DNA from: the human T2T-CHM13v2.0 reference genome, Homo sapiens
Reading direction: 5' to 3' (one strand)
NCBI RefSeq assembly: GCF_009914755.1
Contig: NC_060931.1
Length of the DNA: 64,000 bases
Shown here: piece after piece, positions 1 to 13,962 of the stretch
How positions within the stretch are numbered: position 1 is the stretch's first letter
Layout of the letters: each line of letters opens with the position of its first letter
Position numbers and translations under genes: made by a program
The notes under the pieces: generated by a model
Database searches by the model: none
What the model saw: only the letters and a program-made list of their open reading frames with translations
Told to the model about the DNA's origin: nothing

Positions 1-1594
1 AGACAGAGCTATGTTACTACCTGGAACTCTGTGAATGTCTAAAAGAAAGTCAAAATATCAAAATCGAAAAGGAACTTATTTTCTTTGATATGTCTTGTTG
101 TATGACCTTGGTAGGAACAATGACAAAATTTTGACATGTTCAGATGTCTTAGAACAATGAAATTAGTATATATTAAAATAGCAGTGCTTTGTTGTCCTTT
201 TAAATAATACATGCATTTTAAAGTATTCAGAAGCTTTTTCTACTTTGTATAAATACCTTATCAGTCCTCTAAAATAATCCAAGCTTAATAGGAAAAAAAA
301 TGAAGGAGCTTTGTTGAGGCTTACTGAATGTCACAGAGCCTGCAAGGTTAGAACTGAGCATAGAAAGTGAAGAAATATGTTCTTGATGCCTATTCAACTG
401 GGTTTCCTGTTCAAGGTTATGCACTCTATTTGCTAATAGTTGTAGTATTCTGTACCACAATTGCTGAGATTAATATCTTGAGAAAATATTGTACCATTCC
501 AGTTAATAATTATGTTGATTTCTATTCTTCAGTTTAAAGTAGATATATGAAAATAGGACCTAGTGTGTGACCACTCAAAAACCCTATTTTCCTCACGTTT
601 GTAGTGTATTTCTAAAGGCCTCTCCAGGATTATTTCAAAATCAAAATTGAAATATTGTCTACCAAGATATTGAATTAATTATGTATCTATTTCATTTTAC
701 TGTTTGAACACTCCCTTCTAATTTGTATATAGAGAGATAGAATTGTCTAGCACTTTTCCGAAGGAAAAAGAAATCAAGAATAATATTTAAAGGCTCATAA
801 TATCTTCCGTCTACATGTATTAATTGTATATGGACTTTAAACAAATACAATTAAGGATAGTCTTGTTCTGCATATAATTGATTTGCCTATGTTGATGAGA
901 TGCTGACAACCAGGTATGAAAGCTGGTTTTGCTTATCTAAAAGAGTGGACTAAAAGTAAGTTAAGTGGTTTCTTTAGTGTTCTGTAGCTTTAGTTGTACA
1001 TGGAGCACCTGCTCCTCTTGGAAGTCACAGCACTTTAAGTAAGTTCGCCATGGTCTGCTATGCTGCGCAGACTAAGCTGTGCAGACTATGCTGCCCAGAC
1101 TCCTCTTCCTCCTCTTTAGACTGTGGCAGTAACCTAAAAGACTTGGCCTCTGTTTCAACTCTCATGCCACACATCATCTTTTGTCTTTCCTGTGGTTCAG
1201 GTATTTGTGTGTGAGGGTTGAGGTGGGGGTGCACCAAATTCATACAGATTTCCTCAGTAGCTTTATTTTCTGAATTTGAGGCAACAGGACAGTGAAAAAT
1301 GGCGATCGTTATATTGATTCATACAACACAGAGATCTGAAGGAAGCATTTTGTACAAACCCTGCTCTGGGTAACACAGGAAATGCCAAGATTTTGAAATG
1401 TAACTTTCTTGGTCTTGAAGACCAAATTGTGCTCAGAAAAGGCAGAGTCCCTATAAGTTTTGTCACAATAAATGAGTAGAGCCCACTGCAGGTTGGAAAT
1501 CTACAAATCATTGCAGGGTATTATTAAGATAATAACTGCACGAGAGCCATCACAGCAGCAGAGGTAAGGATCTCTGCCAAGATTCACCTTAGAC

Positions 1595-1714
1595 CGGTGA
1601 TTCTGGAACTTGAGCAAGCCTAGACTCACCAGGAGGGCTTGATTGCTAGAGTAGGAGAATTTTCCCCGTCTTACATATAACCAGGTGATACTGACCACAC
1701 TTGGAGAATCACTG
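1595..1714. mobile_element. MER5A-like hAT-Charlie MITE, internally deleted
   Basis: TIR-like ends cggtgattct...agaatcactg; 8-bp TSD ccttagac/ccttaggc; internal tcaccaggagggcttg. Confidence 0.7.
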
Positions 1715-1924
1715 CCTTAGGCATTAGGATCTGAGACTATATATCCATGGATTGCAGCAAGAAGCAGACAAAAACATTTCTTCATACACAAGAATGTTTG
1801 TGACTTAGCAAGGCTGTTATTGGAGACCTGGCCATTTTAGGTAGTTTTGTATAATTTGCCTTATTCCATCCAATGTTCTAATTTCTAATGTTTATAGGCT
1901 GCAAGCCTAGACGCTACTGTTGTG

Positions 1925-2160
1925 AAACAGTTAAACACGTTGGGTGTGGTGCTGAGCTCCTTCCTAGGTTATCAAATCCAAGCTCTGCCATTTATTAATT
2001 GTGTCATTTTGAGGCAGGTATTTATATTCTTAGGGCCATGGTGTCTTCATCTGTAGAATAGGAATAATAGCACCTATTGCTAGTATTGCTATTAGGATTT
2101 TCAAAATAACACACATAATGCATTGGAGAAAGTGCCTGGCAAATTATAAGTATGTAATAA
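1925..2160 (+). mobile_element. MIR SINE
   Basis: caaatccaagctctgccattta...tcttcatctgtagaataggaataatagcaccta...agtgcctggca core motifs. Confidence 0.7.
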
Positions 2161-2794
2161 AACTTATCTCTCTTTTTACTCCTTATTTCTTATTACAGTG
2201 GTTTTGTTTTTCATTTCTTTTATTTTTTGGATAGTTAAACCTTATAAGGATTTAAAAGTTTCATGTGACCATTCAAATATCCCAATTTATCATTTAAACG
2301 TAAATAACAATGGTGCCAGAGTAGTCATGGGGCCCTCTCCAGCTTCATCCTACAGAGGAGCCCCACCTGGGCAACTGAAATAAGATTATAAGCTACTAGA
2401 AGAATAAAGAGGTCTTATTTCATTATTTAATTAAGCCGCTGAATAGTTTATTCTTCCTAAAGCAACATCACATATACCAATTAGGTTAGATACCCTTATT
2501 AACTAGCCAGGGAACCTTCTCTCTTGAAAAACATCAACAAGAAGTTTTTGTTGTTATTTTTGTCATTCTTGTTTGGTTCAAGAAATATAATTAAATAAAT
2601 TTATTCCAGAAATTTTAAATTTCAGTTAAAAATTTTTAATTTGATGTTATATCAGAGTTATGAAAATCATGGCTAACTATAATATGGCCTGAGAAAATCC
2701 ACTTATTTCAAAAGGGAATAAACAGACTAAAAAACAATAAGAAAACAAAAAGCAGATGAGTGTGAAAATTACAAGATAAAATCAGAATACACCT

Positions 2795-3336
2795 GGTCAA
2801 AGCAAACATTACACTGGGCAAAGTTACATAGGCAAGAGAGGCTTTATTCAAAACTATTGTAACAGAAGAGAGAGGCTGTAACTCAGCCTGAGCTCAACTC
2901 CACTGAAACAAAGGGATGAAGAGTTTTTAAGAGCTGGGATGGGAGAATCTGTGTAGGCCATTTGTGCTTGCTAATTGGCTTTACCCACAGATGAAGTAAA
3001 TTTTCTCCTATCTTCATGACAGGAGGTAGTTTTACAACTTAGAGCAAGGCTCTTTGAAGTTAGGCTCCCACCCACACTCAGGTGTAGACTGTATCCCTTT
3101 AATGCTTTTATTTCAAAGTGATGGCTCCTGGGTGCTTAAGGAAAACATTCCAGGGTTTTAAAACTGACAAGAAGCTTTAAAAAAAGGTTTACATCTCAAT
3201 CGGGCAAAGAAAGAGTTTCAATTACTTGTTTTCTAAAGTAAATGCTTTAAGAAAGGGAAGTTAGGGACCTAGAGTCAGGAGGAAGCCCGTATAAAGTTTA
3301 GTCCAGCTGAGGGAACTGCTAAGGCCATCTTGGTCT
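2795..3336 (-). mobile_element. ERV1-class solo LTR (MER31/MER4-group-like)
   Basis: gaggctttattcaaaactattgt...gagctcaactccactgaaacaaagg...taaggccatcttggtc resembles remembered ERV1 LTR consensus; subfamily uncertain. Confidence 0.5.
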
Positions 3337-3715
3337 CGGTGAACACTTGGTTTTCACATAGTTTTAATCACGGAACTAGTATGTGGCCTGGACACACTTG
3401 GAAAGAAGCCAACACCAGAGGGATTGCTGATATACTGTGAATATCTAATTCCTACATTTATGATAATGAGGTGGAATGAAATAAAGAGGAGACAGTGTGA
3501 AATTGGAAAGTATGTAGTTTGATGTTACTTGCAAGTATACTGTGAGGCCCAATTTATGACACTGGGCTGTATAGAGCTTTTTCTGAAAGTCCATCTAGCT
3601 AAACCCTGTCCTTTAACCATATGGGCCAAATGACTTTTGCTTTATTTTATTTTAGGGAATTTTCTTTATTTGTAACATTCCTTTCAGCTCTTTTTAGATT
3701 CTAATATTCCAGAAT

Positions 3716-6700
3716 GTCTTTTTTCCAGTGTAGGTTCTTGGCATCTTTGTCCAACATTTCATAGTAGGTGTATAAATTTGTTTTTGGTTTCTGAATTCTA
3801 TTCCATTGATCTGTTTGTCCACTTGAATGCCAGTACCAGGCCATTTTGGTTACTATAGCTCTGTAGTATAATTTAAAGTCAGGTGATTCCTCCAATTTTG
3901 TTATCTTGCTCAGGATAGCTCTGGCTATTCTGGGTATTTTTGTGGTTCCATACAAATGTTAAGATATTTTTCTATTTCTGTAAAGAATGCCATTGATGTT
4001 TTGATAAGAATTGCATTGAATCTGTAGATTGCTTTGGGTAGTATGGACATTTTAACAATATTGATTCTTCCAATCCATAAAAATTGAATACTTTCCATTT
4101 TATGGTGTCCTATTCAATTTCTTTCGTGTTTTATACTTTTCATTATAGAGATCTTTCATTTCCTTAAGATTGATCATTGTTGGCATATAGAAATGGTACT
4201 AATTTTTAATGTTGATTTTGTTTCCTGCAACTTTACATAATTTATCAGTTCTAATAGTTTTTTTGTGTGCAGTCTTTAGGTTTTTCCAAATATAAGATCA
4301 TACTATCTGAAAACAAGGATAATTTGACTTCTTCCATTCCAATTTGAATGCCGTTTATCTCTTTCTTTTGTCTGATTGTTTTATCTAGGACTTCCATTAC
4401 TACATTAAATAATAGTGGTGAAAATGAGCAACTTCGTCATGTTACAGATCTCAGAGGAAAGGCTTTCAGTTTTTCCCCATTCAATATGATGCTAGCTGTG
4501 GGTTTGTCATATATGGCTTTCATTATGCTGAGATATGTTCCTTCTATCCCCAGTTTTTGAGAGTTTTTATCATAAAAGGAATGCTGAATTGTATCAGATA
4601 ATTTTTCAGCATCAGTTGAAATGATTATACGGTTTTGGCCTTCATTCTGTTGATATGATGTATCACATTGATTTGCATATGTTGAATCATCCCTGCATCT
4701 CAGGGATAAATCCCCCTTAGTCATGGTGAATTATTTTTTTTTTGGTTTGCTATTATTCAGGATTTTTGCATCAATTTTTATGAGTGATATTGGCCTGTAG
4801 TTTTATTTTTTTCATGTGTCTTTGTCTGGTTTTGGAATCAGGGTAATACTGGCATGATACAGTGATTTTGGAACTATTTCTCTCTTCCTCTATTTTTTAG
4901 AATAGTTTGAGTAGGACTGCTACTAGTTCTTCATTACATATTTGGTAGAATTCAGCAGTGAAGCCATCAAGTCCCGGGCTTTTTTTACTGGGAGACTTTT
5001 TATTATGCTTCAGTTTCATTACTTGTTACTAGTCTGTTCAGGTTTTGAATTTATTTATGGTTCAATCTCAGTAGGTTGTATGTGTCTGGGAATTTGTCCA
5101 TTTTTTTCCCTAGATTTTTCCAATTTATTGACATATAGTTGCTCATAGTAGCCACTGATAATCCTTTGAATTTCTGTGGTATTAGTTATAATGTCTCCTT
5201 TTTCATCCTGATTTTATTTATTTGCATCTTCTCTCTTTTTCTGTAGTCTGGCTAAAAGTTTGCCAATTTTGTTTAACTTTTCAAAAAACCAACTTTTTAT
5301 TTCATTGGTCTTTTGTATTGTTTTCTTCATTTCAATCTTATTTATTTCTGCTTTGATTTTTACCATTGATTTTCTACTACTAATTTTGTGTTTGGTTTGT
5401 TCCTGCTTTTCCAGTTCTTTAAGATGCATTGTTAGGTTGTTTATTTGAAGTTTTTCTTATTTTTTGATGTAGGCACTTATAGCTATGAACTTTCCTCTTA
5501 GTACTGCTTTTGTCATATACCATAGGTTTTGGTATGTTGTGTTTCCATCATCATTTGCTTCAGAAAAATTCCAATTTTCTTAATTTTTTTATTGACCCAC
5601 TGGTTATTCAGGAGCATATTGTTTAACCATGCATTTGTATAGTTTCCAAAATTGCTCTTGTCATTAATTTCTAGTTTTATTCCATTGTGGTTAGAAAAGA
5701 TGCTGGATATTATTTCAATTTTTTTAATGTTGTGAGCCTTGTTTTGTGACCTAACATATGGTCAATCCTTGAGAATTATTCATGGTCTGAAAAAAAGAAT
5801 GTACATTCTGTAGCCGTTGGATGAAATGTTCTGTAAATATTTATTAGATCCATTTGGTCTATAGTATATATTAAGTCTGATGTTCCTTTGTTGATTTTCT
5901 CTCTGAAAGATCTGTCCAATTCTGAACGTGGGGTGTTGAAATCTCCAGCTGTTATTGTACTGGGGACTACCTCTCTCTTTAGCTCTAATAATATTTGCTT
6001 TATATATCTGGGTGCTCCAATGTTGGGTGCATATATATTTAAAATTGTTATATCCTCTTGCTGAATTGACCCCTTTATCATTATAGAATGACCTTTGTTT
6101 CTTATAGTTTTAATCTTGAAATCTATGTTGTCTGGTATAAGAATCGTAACTCCTACTTTTGTTTTGGTTTCCAGTGGCGTGGAATATCTTTTTCCATCCC
6201 TTCATTTTCAGTCTACATGTGTCTTTATAGGTGAAATGTGGCAACAGATCATTGGGTCCTCTTTTTTCATCCATTCAGCCATTTCTTTTCATTGGAGAGT
6301 TTAGTACATTTATATTCAATGTTATTATTGGTAAGTAAAGACTTACTCCTGCCATTTTGTTCTTTCTTTTTTGTTGTTGTTTTGTGGTCTTCTCTTCCTT
6401 GTTTCCTTCCTGTCTTCCTTTTAGTGAGGGTGATTTTCTCTGATTATATAATTTAGTTTCTTGTTTTTTATTTTCTGTGTATCTGTTGTGTGTTTTTTTA
6501 CTTCTGGTTATAATGAGACTTGCAAATACTATCTTATAGCCCATTATTTTAAGCTGATAACAACTTAACATCATTTGCATAAACAAGCAAGCAAAAGGAA
6601 AACTAATAAAAGCTCTACACCCTAATTTCGTCCCCTGGTTTTTAACTATTTGTTGTTTCTATTTATATCACACTGTACCATATGTCTTCAAAAGTAGTTG

Positions 6701-8063
6701 TAGTTATTATTTTTGATTGGTTTATCATTTAGTCTTTCTAGTTAAGATAAAAGTAGTTTATACATCATGGTTACCATGTTATATTCTATTTTTCTGTGTA
6801 CTTACTAGTGAGTTTTGTACCTCTTGGTGATTTCTTATTGCTCATTAACATTCTTTTCTTTCTGATTGAAGAACTCCCTTTAGCATTTCTTGCAGGACAG
6901 ATCTGGTATTGATGAAATCCCTCAGCTTTTGTTTGTCTGGGAAAAATCTTTATTTCTTCTTCACGTTCGAAGGATATTTTCACCAGATATACCATTCTAG
7001 AGTGAAGGTTTTTTCCTTTAGCACTTCAAATATGTCATACGACTCTCTTCTGGCCTGTAAGTTTTCCAATAAAATGTCTGCTCTCAAAGGTATTGGAGCT
7101 CCGTTGCATGTTATTTGTTTCTTTTCTCTTGCTGCTTTTAGGATCCTTTCTTTATCCTTGAGCTTTTGGAGTTTGATTATTAAAAGCCTTGAAGTAGTCT
7201 TCTTTAGGTTAAATCTGCTTGTTGTTCGATAATCTTCTTGTACTTGGATATTAATATCTTTCTTTAGGCTTGGAAATTTTTCTTTTATTGTGTCTTTGAA
7301 TAAACCCTCTACCCCTGTCTATTTCTCTACCTTGTATTTAAGGCCAATAAGTCTTAGATTTGCCCTTTTGAGGCTACTTTCTAGATTCTATATGCATGCT
7401 TTATTCTTTTTGTTTTCTTTTGTCTCCTCCGTGTATTTTCAAACAGCCTGTTTTTAAGCTCATTCTTTCTTCTGCTTGATCAATTCAGCTATTAAAGGAC
7501 TCTGATGCATTCTTCAGTATGTCAGTTGCATTTTTCAGCTCCAGAATTTCTGCTTAACTTTTTAATTATCTCAATCTTGTTGTTAAATTTATCTGATAGA
7601 ATTCTGAATTCCTTCTCTGTGTTATCTTGAATTTCTTTGAGTTTCCTCAAAACGGCTATTTGTGAATTATCTGTCTGAAAGGTCACATATCTCTGTTTCT
7701 CCAGGGTTGGTTCCTGATTCCTTGTTTAGTTCATTTGGTGAGGTCATCTTTTTCTGGATTGTCTTGATACCTGTAGATGTTCATTTGTGTCTGGGCATTG
7801 AGGAATTAGGTATTTATTGTAGTTTTTGCAGTATTGGCTTGTTTGTACCCGTCCTTCTTGGGAAGGCTTTCCAGGTATTTGAAATTACTTGGGTGCTGTG
7901 ATCTAAGCTGTTCCTTATTTAGGGAGCACCCCAGTAACACTATGGTTCTTGCAGACTCATACAGATTCATCTTGATCGTCTTAAAGAAGACCTGGGCGAA
8001 TTCTCTGGATTATCAGATGGACACTCTTGTTCTCTTCCCTTACTTTCTTCCAACCAAATGTAG

Positions 8064-8101
<38 letters not shown>

Positions 8102-9872
8102 CCTCCCTCCCTCCCTCCCTCCCTCCGTCTCTCTCTGTTCTGAGCCACGTGGAGCTGGGAGTGGAATGACGTAAGCACCCCTATGGCAACCACCACTAGG
8201 TGGACCTGAAGCCAGCACAGCACTGGGTCCTACGCAGCATCTGTTGTAATCACTCTCTGGCTACTGCCTATGTTTCCTCAAGGCCCTGGGACTCAGCAGG
8301 GGGCAAAACCATCTAGGACTGTGTCCTTCACTTCAGGGTTGCAAGTTCCCCTAGGCCCTGGGTGGGTTCAGATGTGCTGTCTGTGAGCCAGGGACTAGAG
8401 TCAACAAACTTAAATGTCTACTTTGTCCTCTTTTGTCCTGCAGCTGAGCTGGCACTCAAACCACAAGATACAGTCCTTCCCACTCTTCTCTCCCCTTTCC
8501 AAAGGCAAAGGAGCCTCAGCTCATGGCCACTGCCACTACAGGTCCTCAGTGAATACTTCCAGCCTACCAAAAATGTTCCATTGAGGTCCAAGGACTCTTA
8601 AGTCAGCTTGTGGTGAATGCTGCCTGGTTTGGGACTCATCCTTCAGGGAAGTGGGCTCCCCTCTGACCCTGGAAATGTTTAGAAATTTCATCCAGGAGCC
8701 AAGTGCTGGAATTAGGGACTCCAAGAGCCCATTTTGTGCCCTACTCTCCTGTGGCTGAGCTGGTACCTAAGATGCAAGATGAAATCCCCTTTGCTTTTCC
8801 CTCTGCCTTTCTTAAGCAGAAGTCTCACCCCATAGCCATCATAGCTGGAAAAGTGCTGAGTCTCACCTGAAGCCAGCAAGTGTGAATCTCACCCAAGGCC
8901 CTCAGTGTAGTACCAGGTATTGCTGCTGGTTATTTGAGCCCAAGGACACTTCAGTTACCAGGGTGAATAAATCCTGTCAGGACTGGGTCATTTCCTTCGA
9001 ATGAGAAGGTTGCTCTCTGGCCCAGGGTATGTCTAGAAATGTTATCTTGCAGGTAGGGCCTGGAAAGGGGGCCTCATGACTCTGACTGCTGCCCTATCCT
9101 GCTATAGAAGAGCTGCTATCCAAGAGGCAAAACGAAATCTTCTCCAGTCTTCTGTCTCCTGTCCTCAAGCAGAGAAAAGGGGTCTCTTTTGGAGCAGTTA
9201 GTTGTACAGCCTGGAATTAGGGGAGAGGTGGTGCAAGCACTCCTTTAGCCACCCTGGATAGCATCTCAGGAGGTTGTGTGCCCCACCCTCACCCCCAGTC
9301 AGCTGGGTTTGGGCCCAGTTCAGCACTAGGACTTAGGAGTTGCGGTCTTCATGGCCTATACTGCCTTTCAAGATTATTTAGGGCCGGGCCTCAGGGCACT
9401 TTAGCCAGCAGTAGTGAGGCTTGTGGGAACTCAAGCACTGACCACTGGGATCAGTGATTCCCCTCTGGCTAATGCTGGTTTAAATGGTCCCTCCATGGGT
9501 GGGTGTCAGCGGAGTTTGATCTGGTTTTCCTTTCTGCTATAACAGGACACCACTGAGTCCAATGACTGAAATTGCTGCACGCTGTCTCTCTCCTCAGCAC
9601 ATGGAAATGCTCTCCTCACCCATGCTGCCACTGCCTGCAGGTGGTGGAGGGGTGTCGTCATGGCAATTAGTGGCAATAGTCCTGAATAGGCAAGTAAGGA
9701 CTATTTTTTTTTCTCCTTCTGAGTGACTCTTTCAATAATAGGAAGTTAAAATCCAGCACTGCGAGTGTTCATTTGGTTTTTGGTCCTTAGGAAAGTGCTT
9801 CTCTCTGTAGATAGTTGTTAAATCGGTGTCCTAGTAGGGGGATGATCGGTAGAGGCTTCTTGCTCTGCCCTC
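3716..9872 (-). mobile_element. LINE-1 (L1PB/L1MA-age), 5' end intact, 3'-truncated inside ORF2, antisense to CNTNAP2
   Basis: Disrupted ORF2: start MAGVSLYLPIITLNIN (ATG at 6355), endonuclease [50 protein letters not shown], and [21 protein letters not shown]1 remnants at ~6790-7700. Long 5'UTR ending ...gatcggtagaggcttcttgctctgccctc. Confidence 0.93.
8063..8136. repeat. (CT)n(CCCT)n compound microsatellite inside the L1 5'UTR
   Basis: Directly visible. Confidence 0.95.
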
Positions 9873-11037
9873 TAATTTGTAACATTTTTTTAGCTCTTTT
9901 TAGATTCTAGCATTCCAGCATATGGCAACATTTTAAGCATTAAATTTCTGTATAGGCCTTCCAGACATGGGTAAGTGTGTGTAGAGATATGTTTGTGACT
10001 TTATGTTTCCTTTAATATGCAATTTCACATTTACCAATCCTAAAACATTAAAAAGAGCATAATCCAAATACAGTGTTCAAATAAACACTGCAGTTATTTG
10101 TTAGCAAAGCAACTGGCTGTGATTCTATTTCAGGAAGATTATCTCCTCCAAGACGTAGAAATTTGCCAGCTACATTTGTTTGCTACTGATTCCTGAGTTT
10201 GGTTTGCTTTCATTCTTCTTTGGATCTCAGTCTCCTATGCACCATTCACATTTTCTATTCCCAGTAAAAAGGTTTTTGTATGGTCTTGGTTTTGTTCCTA
10301 TCAGTCACTTAAAAGAACAGACACCCAAAGGCAAGGGCATTAGTCATCTGTTTGAAGGTCCCTGGGAAATTATTATTTATATGTTGATAGTGAATCTATT
10401 TTACCCTTTAAGGGGCAAAATTGCTAGATTAGGAACATGGTTAGGAAAACATAGCAGTCATTAACCTTATCGCTTTTCCAACAAAGAAAAACTGTGTAAC
10501 AACTGGCCAAAGCCCGTGGCAATTTGAGAACACAAAAGATCAACAAAATGAAGCCCAAGATGAGATAAAACAAGTTGCCAGCCTTTTGGCATAGGTTTAA
10601 AATAATTTTCTGTAAACACCTATCCTCAAAAATGGAAATCAGTGAAAATATTTCATAAAATGGCTAGAGAATTCTAAAGCTTACATTATATTCTTTAGTA
10701 TTTTATATAAGAAAAATTTTGTTTGCTTTAGAAATTTCATAACGTATTTCTTTTAGTCTAATTAAATTTTCTTTTTTTTTTTTTTTTAACTAGCATCATT
10801 CCCCTTAGTCACTAAGAGTGAAATTAAAACCACTAAATTTTATTTTTTTAGGTTGTTGGAATTACAGGTTCTCTGAAGGGGTTGCTCTGCATAGATTATT
10901 GACAATAAATATGTTCCAAAAAACTCCATGCCAATGAGATGAGAGGAATTATTGGGCAAGAGCCAAAGAGGAACCAGGGAGATAGCAAGTGCAGGAGGAA
11001 AGCACAGGTATGGAAAGTGAGTGAAAGTAAAGGATGA

Positions 11038-11409
11038 TGTATTAGTCCGTTATCACACTGCTATAAAGAACTACTTGAGACTGGGTAATTTATGAAGAGG
11101 TTTAATTGACTCACAGTTCCACAGGCTGTACAGGAAGCATAGCTGGGAGGCCTCAGGAAACTTATAATCATGGTGGAAGGGTAAAAGGGAAACAAGCACG
11201 TCTTCACATGGTGGAAGGAGAGAGAAAGAGTGAAGGGGGATGTGCTACATGCTTTCAAACAACCAGATCTCTTGAGAACTCTATCAGGGGAACAGCAAGA
11301 GAAGAATCCGCCCCCATGATCCAATCACCTCCCACCACATCCCTCCCCCAACTATGGGATTAAAATTCAACATGAGATTTGGGCAAGGACACAAAGTCAA
11401 ACCATATCA
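11038..11409 (-). mobile_element. MaLR solo LTR (MSTA/THE1-like)
   Basis: tgtattagtccg...gggaggcctcaggaaactta...aaccatatca; perfect 5-bp TSD gatga/gatga. Confidence 0.92.
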
Positions 11410-11729
11410 GATGACTAGCCGAATGTTAACCTGATCTGTCCTCTCAGCAGGGACAGGTGCCCTCCTGCTTTATGGATGATTTAAAGTTATTATAACAGAT
11501 GGTGGTGCTTCCTTTCATCTTTTACTTTGGAATTTTAGCATTAATTTAAAAAATATTTCCTATGAAACAGTGAGACAATAATGCTAGAACATTCTAGTGG
11601 TTCATAAAGAGCCTTTACAGGTAGGATTCACTTGGTTAGGGCGCCACATTACAGATTTGATCCCAAAATTGTGGATCTAGAAATTTTATTTTCACATGGT
11701 ATTTTATGTGGGTTAGACATATTAGAATA

Positions 11730-11855
11730 CCCTGCCTCAGTTTCCTTGTTGGTTGTTGTGGACAAAAATAAATGTACTTAGCACTGTTTTGAGGATAAAG
11801 GTGTTAGAACACTGCTTGACACAAAGTACTTAACAAATGTTAGTTGTCATTCTTA
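11730..11855 (+). mobile_element. MIR fragment
   Basis: gcctcagtttcctt...ttagaacactgcttgacacaaagtacttaacaaatgttagtt. Confidence 0.6.
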
Positions 11856-12002
11856 GTTTTATTAACATTCTCAACAGGCATATGCTGATTTATTAGCTTA
11901 TGAAAAATACATTTAAGTGGGTCCAGAATTATTTTATTCTCCTTTCAGAATACTCTGTTCATGATACCAAAATAACTGAGAAGCTGCATTAGTCTATCTA
12001 TG

Positions 12003-12164
12003 TTTCTTTCCTTCTTTCTCTCTTTTTCTTCTTTCTTTCTCTTTCTTCTTTCTTTTTGGAGACGGGGTCTTGCTCTGTCACTCAGGCTAGAGTGCAGTGG
12101 CATGAACATGGCTCAGGGTAGCCTTGACTTCGTGGGCTCAAGTGATCATCCTGGCTCAGCCTCC
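12003..12164 (-). mobile_element. Old Alu monomer/fragment (FLAM/AluJ) with CT-rich tail
   Basis: gagacggggtcttgctctgtcactcaggctagagtgcagtggc...ggctcaagtgatc. Confidence 0.85.
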
Positions 12165-13099
12165 TCATTAATTTTAAGATGATTCTACTATGGAGAAAAT
12201 TTAAAGAGTGATCAAAGGTTCTGAGTGGTTGTAGGAGATGTTTTATTTGGGATCTGAAGACTCTGATAAATCGCCTACCACCCTACACCTGCATACCATC
12301 ACAGAACAGTCCACAAGATGTCAGTTGCACAAGGATCAGGGCAAGACACACTTGCTCTTTGTTTCTTTCTTTTTTTTTTTTTTTTAACCTGTGAGTCTCT
12401 GTATGTCTCTCTCTTGCTGTTGCTCTCACTGTCGGCCTCCTCTCTCCTCCCCCCACCCCTCACTAACTTTTGAGCTATCATGTTTTGTTTCCTAGATTCC
12501 AAGGTGGCACTCTTCCTTCCTAACATCCTTTTTAATTCCACTTATGCCATTGCTTATGTTAAGGTTTCCTGCAAATGAAATGAATCGAAATGAAATAGGA
12601 TCAATTTCTTCTTGCTTTTAGCTGGGAGAGTCCTTAAGTGTATCACTGAAAGTGGTTGCTGGTTTGAAACAATATTTTTGGGTTATCTGGGGCCATAAGT
12701 AATGACATTTGATTTGTCCACATCATCAATAATGGAGTTAGTGTAGACTGAGGTTCAAGAAGTTGAAGACCTGAGACCCATATCCAAGTTTTCCACTGTT
12801 TACAACCACGACTGCGAGAGGACCTAACTGTTGTATCTTCCTTACAATTAGAAGAGACACAACTTTTCCCAAGAACACCACCTCAAGAGACTGTTTACAT
12901 TATTGAATTAGACTAAGCTTTAACATACAGTGAGTATTCAGTTAAATTATTTCTCTTCACATCAGCTGGTAGGGACTTATGGTGAGTACAAAATCAGCTA
13001 TGGGCAAAGTTTAAAATGTTATATTTTCTCTGGACATTAATTATAATAGAAGATACATCTTATGCTTTCCACATAAAGAAGTAGCATGTTAGGTTAAAA

Positions 13100-13445
13100 G
13101 AATTTTAGGGTGTCTGATAAGAAAATCAAGGTCAGTGTGACTAAAGAAGAGTTAAAGAGAGGACTAGGATGGTTTATGGATGAAGAGATGGCAGAGGCTG
13201 CATTTCACAAAGCCTTGCAGACTATGGTAATATTTTCCATTTTATTCCAAGTGCATTAGAATGCCAAGAAAAGGCATTAAAGAAGGAAAGTAGTACAATC
13301 AGATTTTTATTTTTTTTAATTACTATGACTTCTATATGAAGAAGAGATTCAGAAGAGACAGATTCAGCTGTGAACTAGATAAGGGGCGCTTATTTCAACC
13401 ATGATGGAGCTAGTAGATGCACACAAGTGGACAGATTTCAGAAAG
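13100..13445 (-). mobile_element. L2 fragment
   Basis: Degenerate purine-rich L2 motifs (ccttgcagactatggtaa...aatcagatttt...aagtggacagattt). Confidence 0.5.
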
Positions 13446-13634
13446 TTTTAGAGAATGCATGCGTAAATAGCTTCCACCTGCATGCTCTTGTGTACATGCT
13501 CTACATGTGAATATACAGATCTACTTACATATACATATGTATGTTTGTATATAGATATGTATTTGTTTAGGAACATACTTAGAAAAGAAGATAGAAAAAC
13601 ACACCAAAATATTTACAGTGACTTCAATATTTAA

Positions 13635-13962
<328 letters not shown>

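Noticed and set aside
3701-7232. L1 ORF fragments as functional genes
   Set aside because: Multiple frameshifts, stops and internal deletions make this a dead element.
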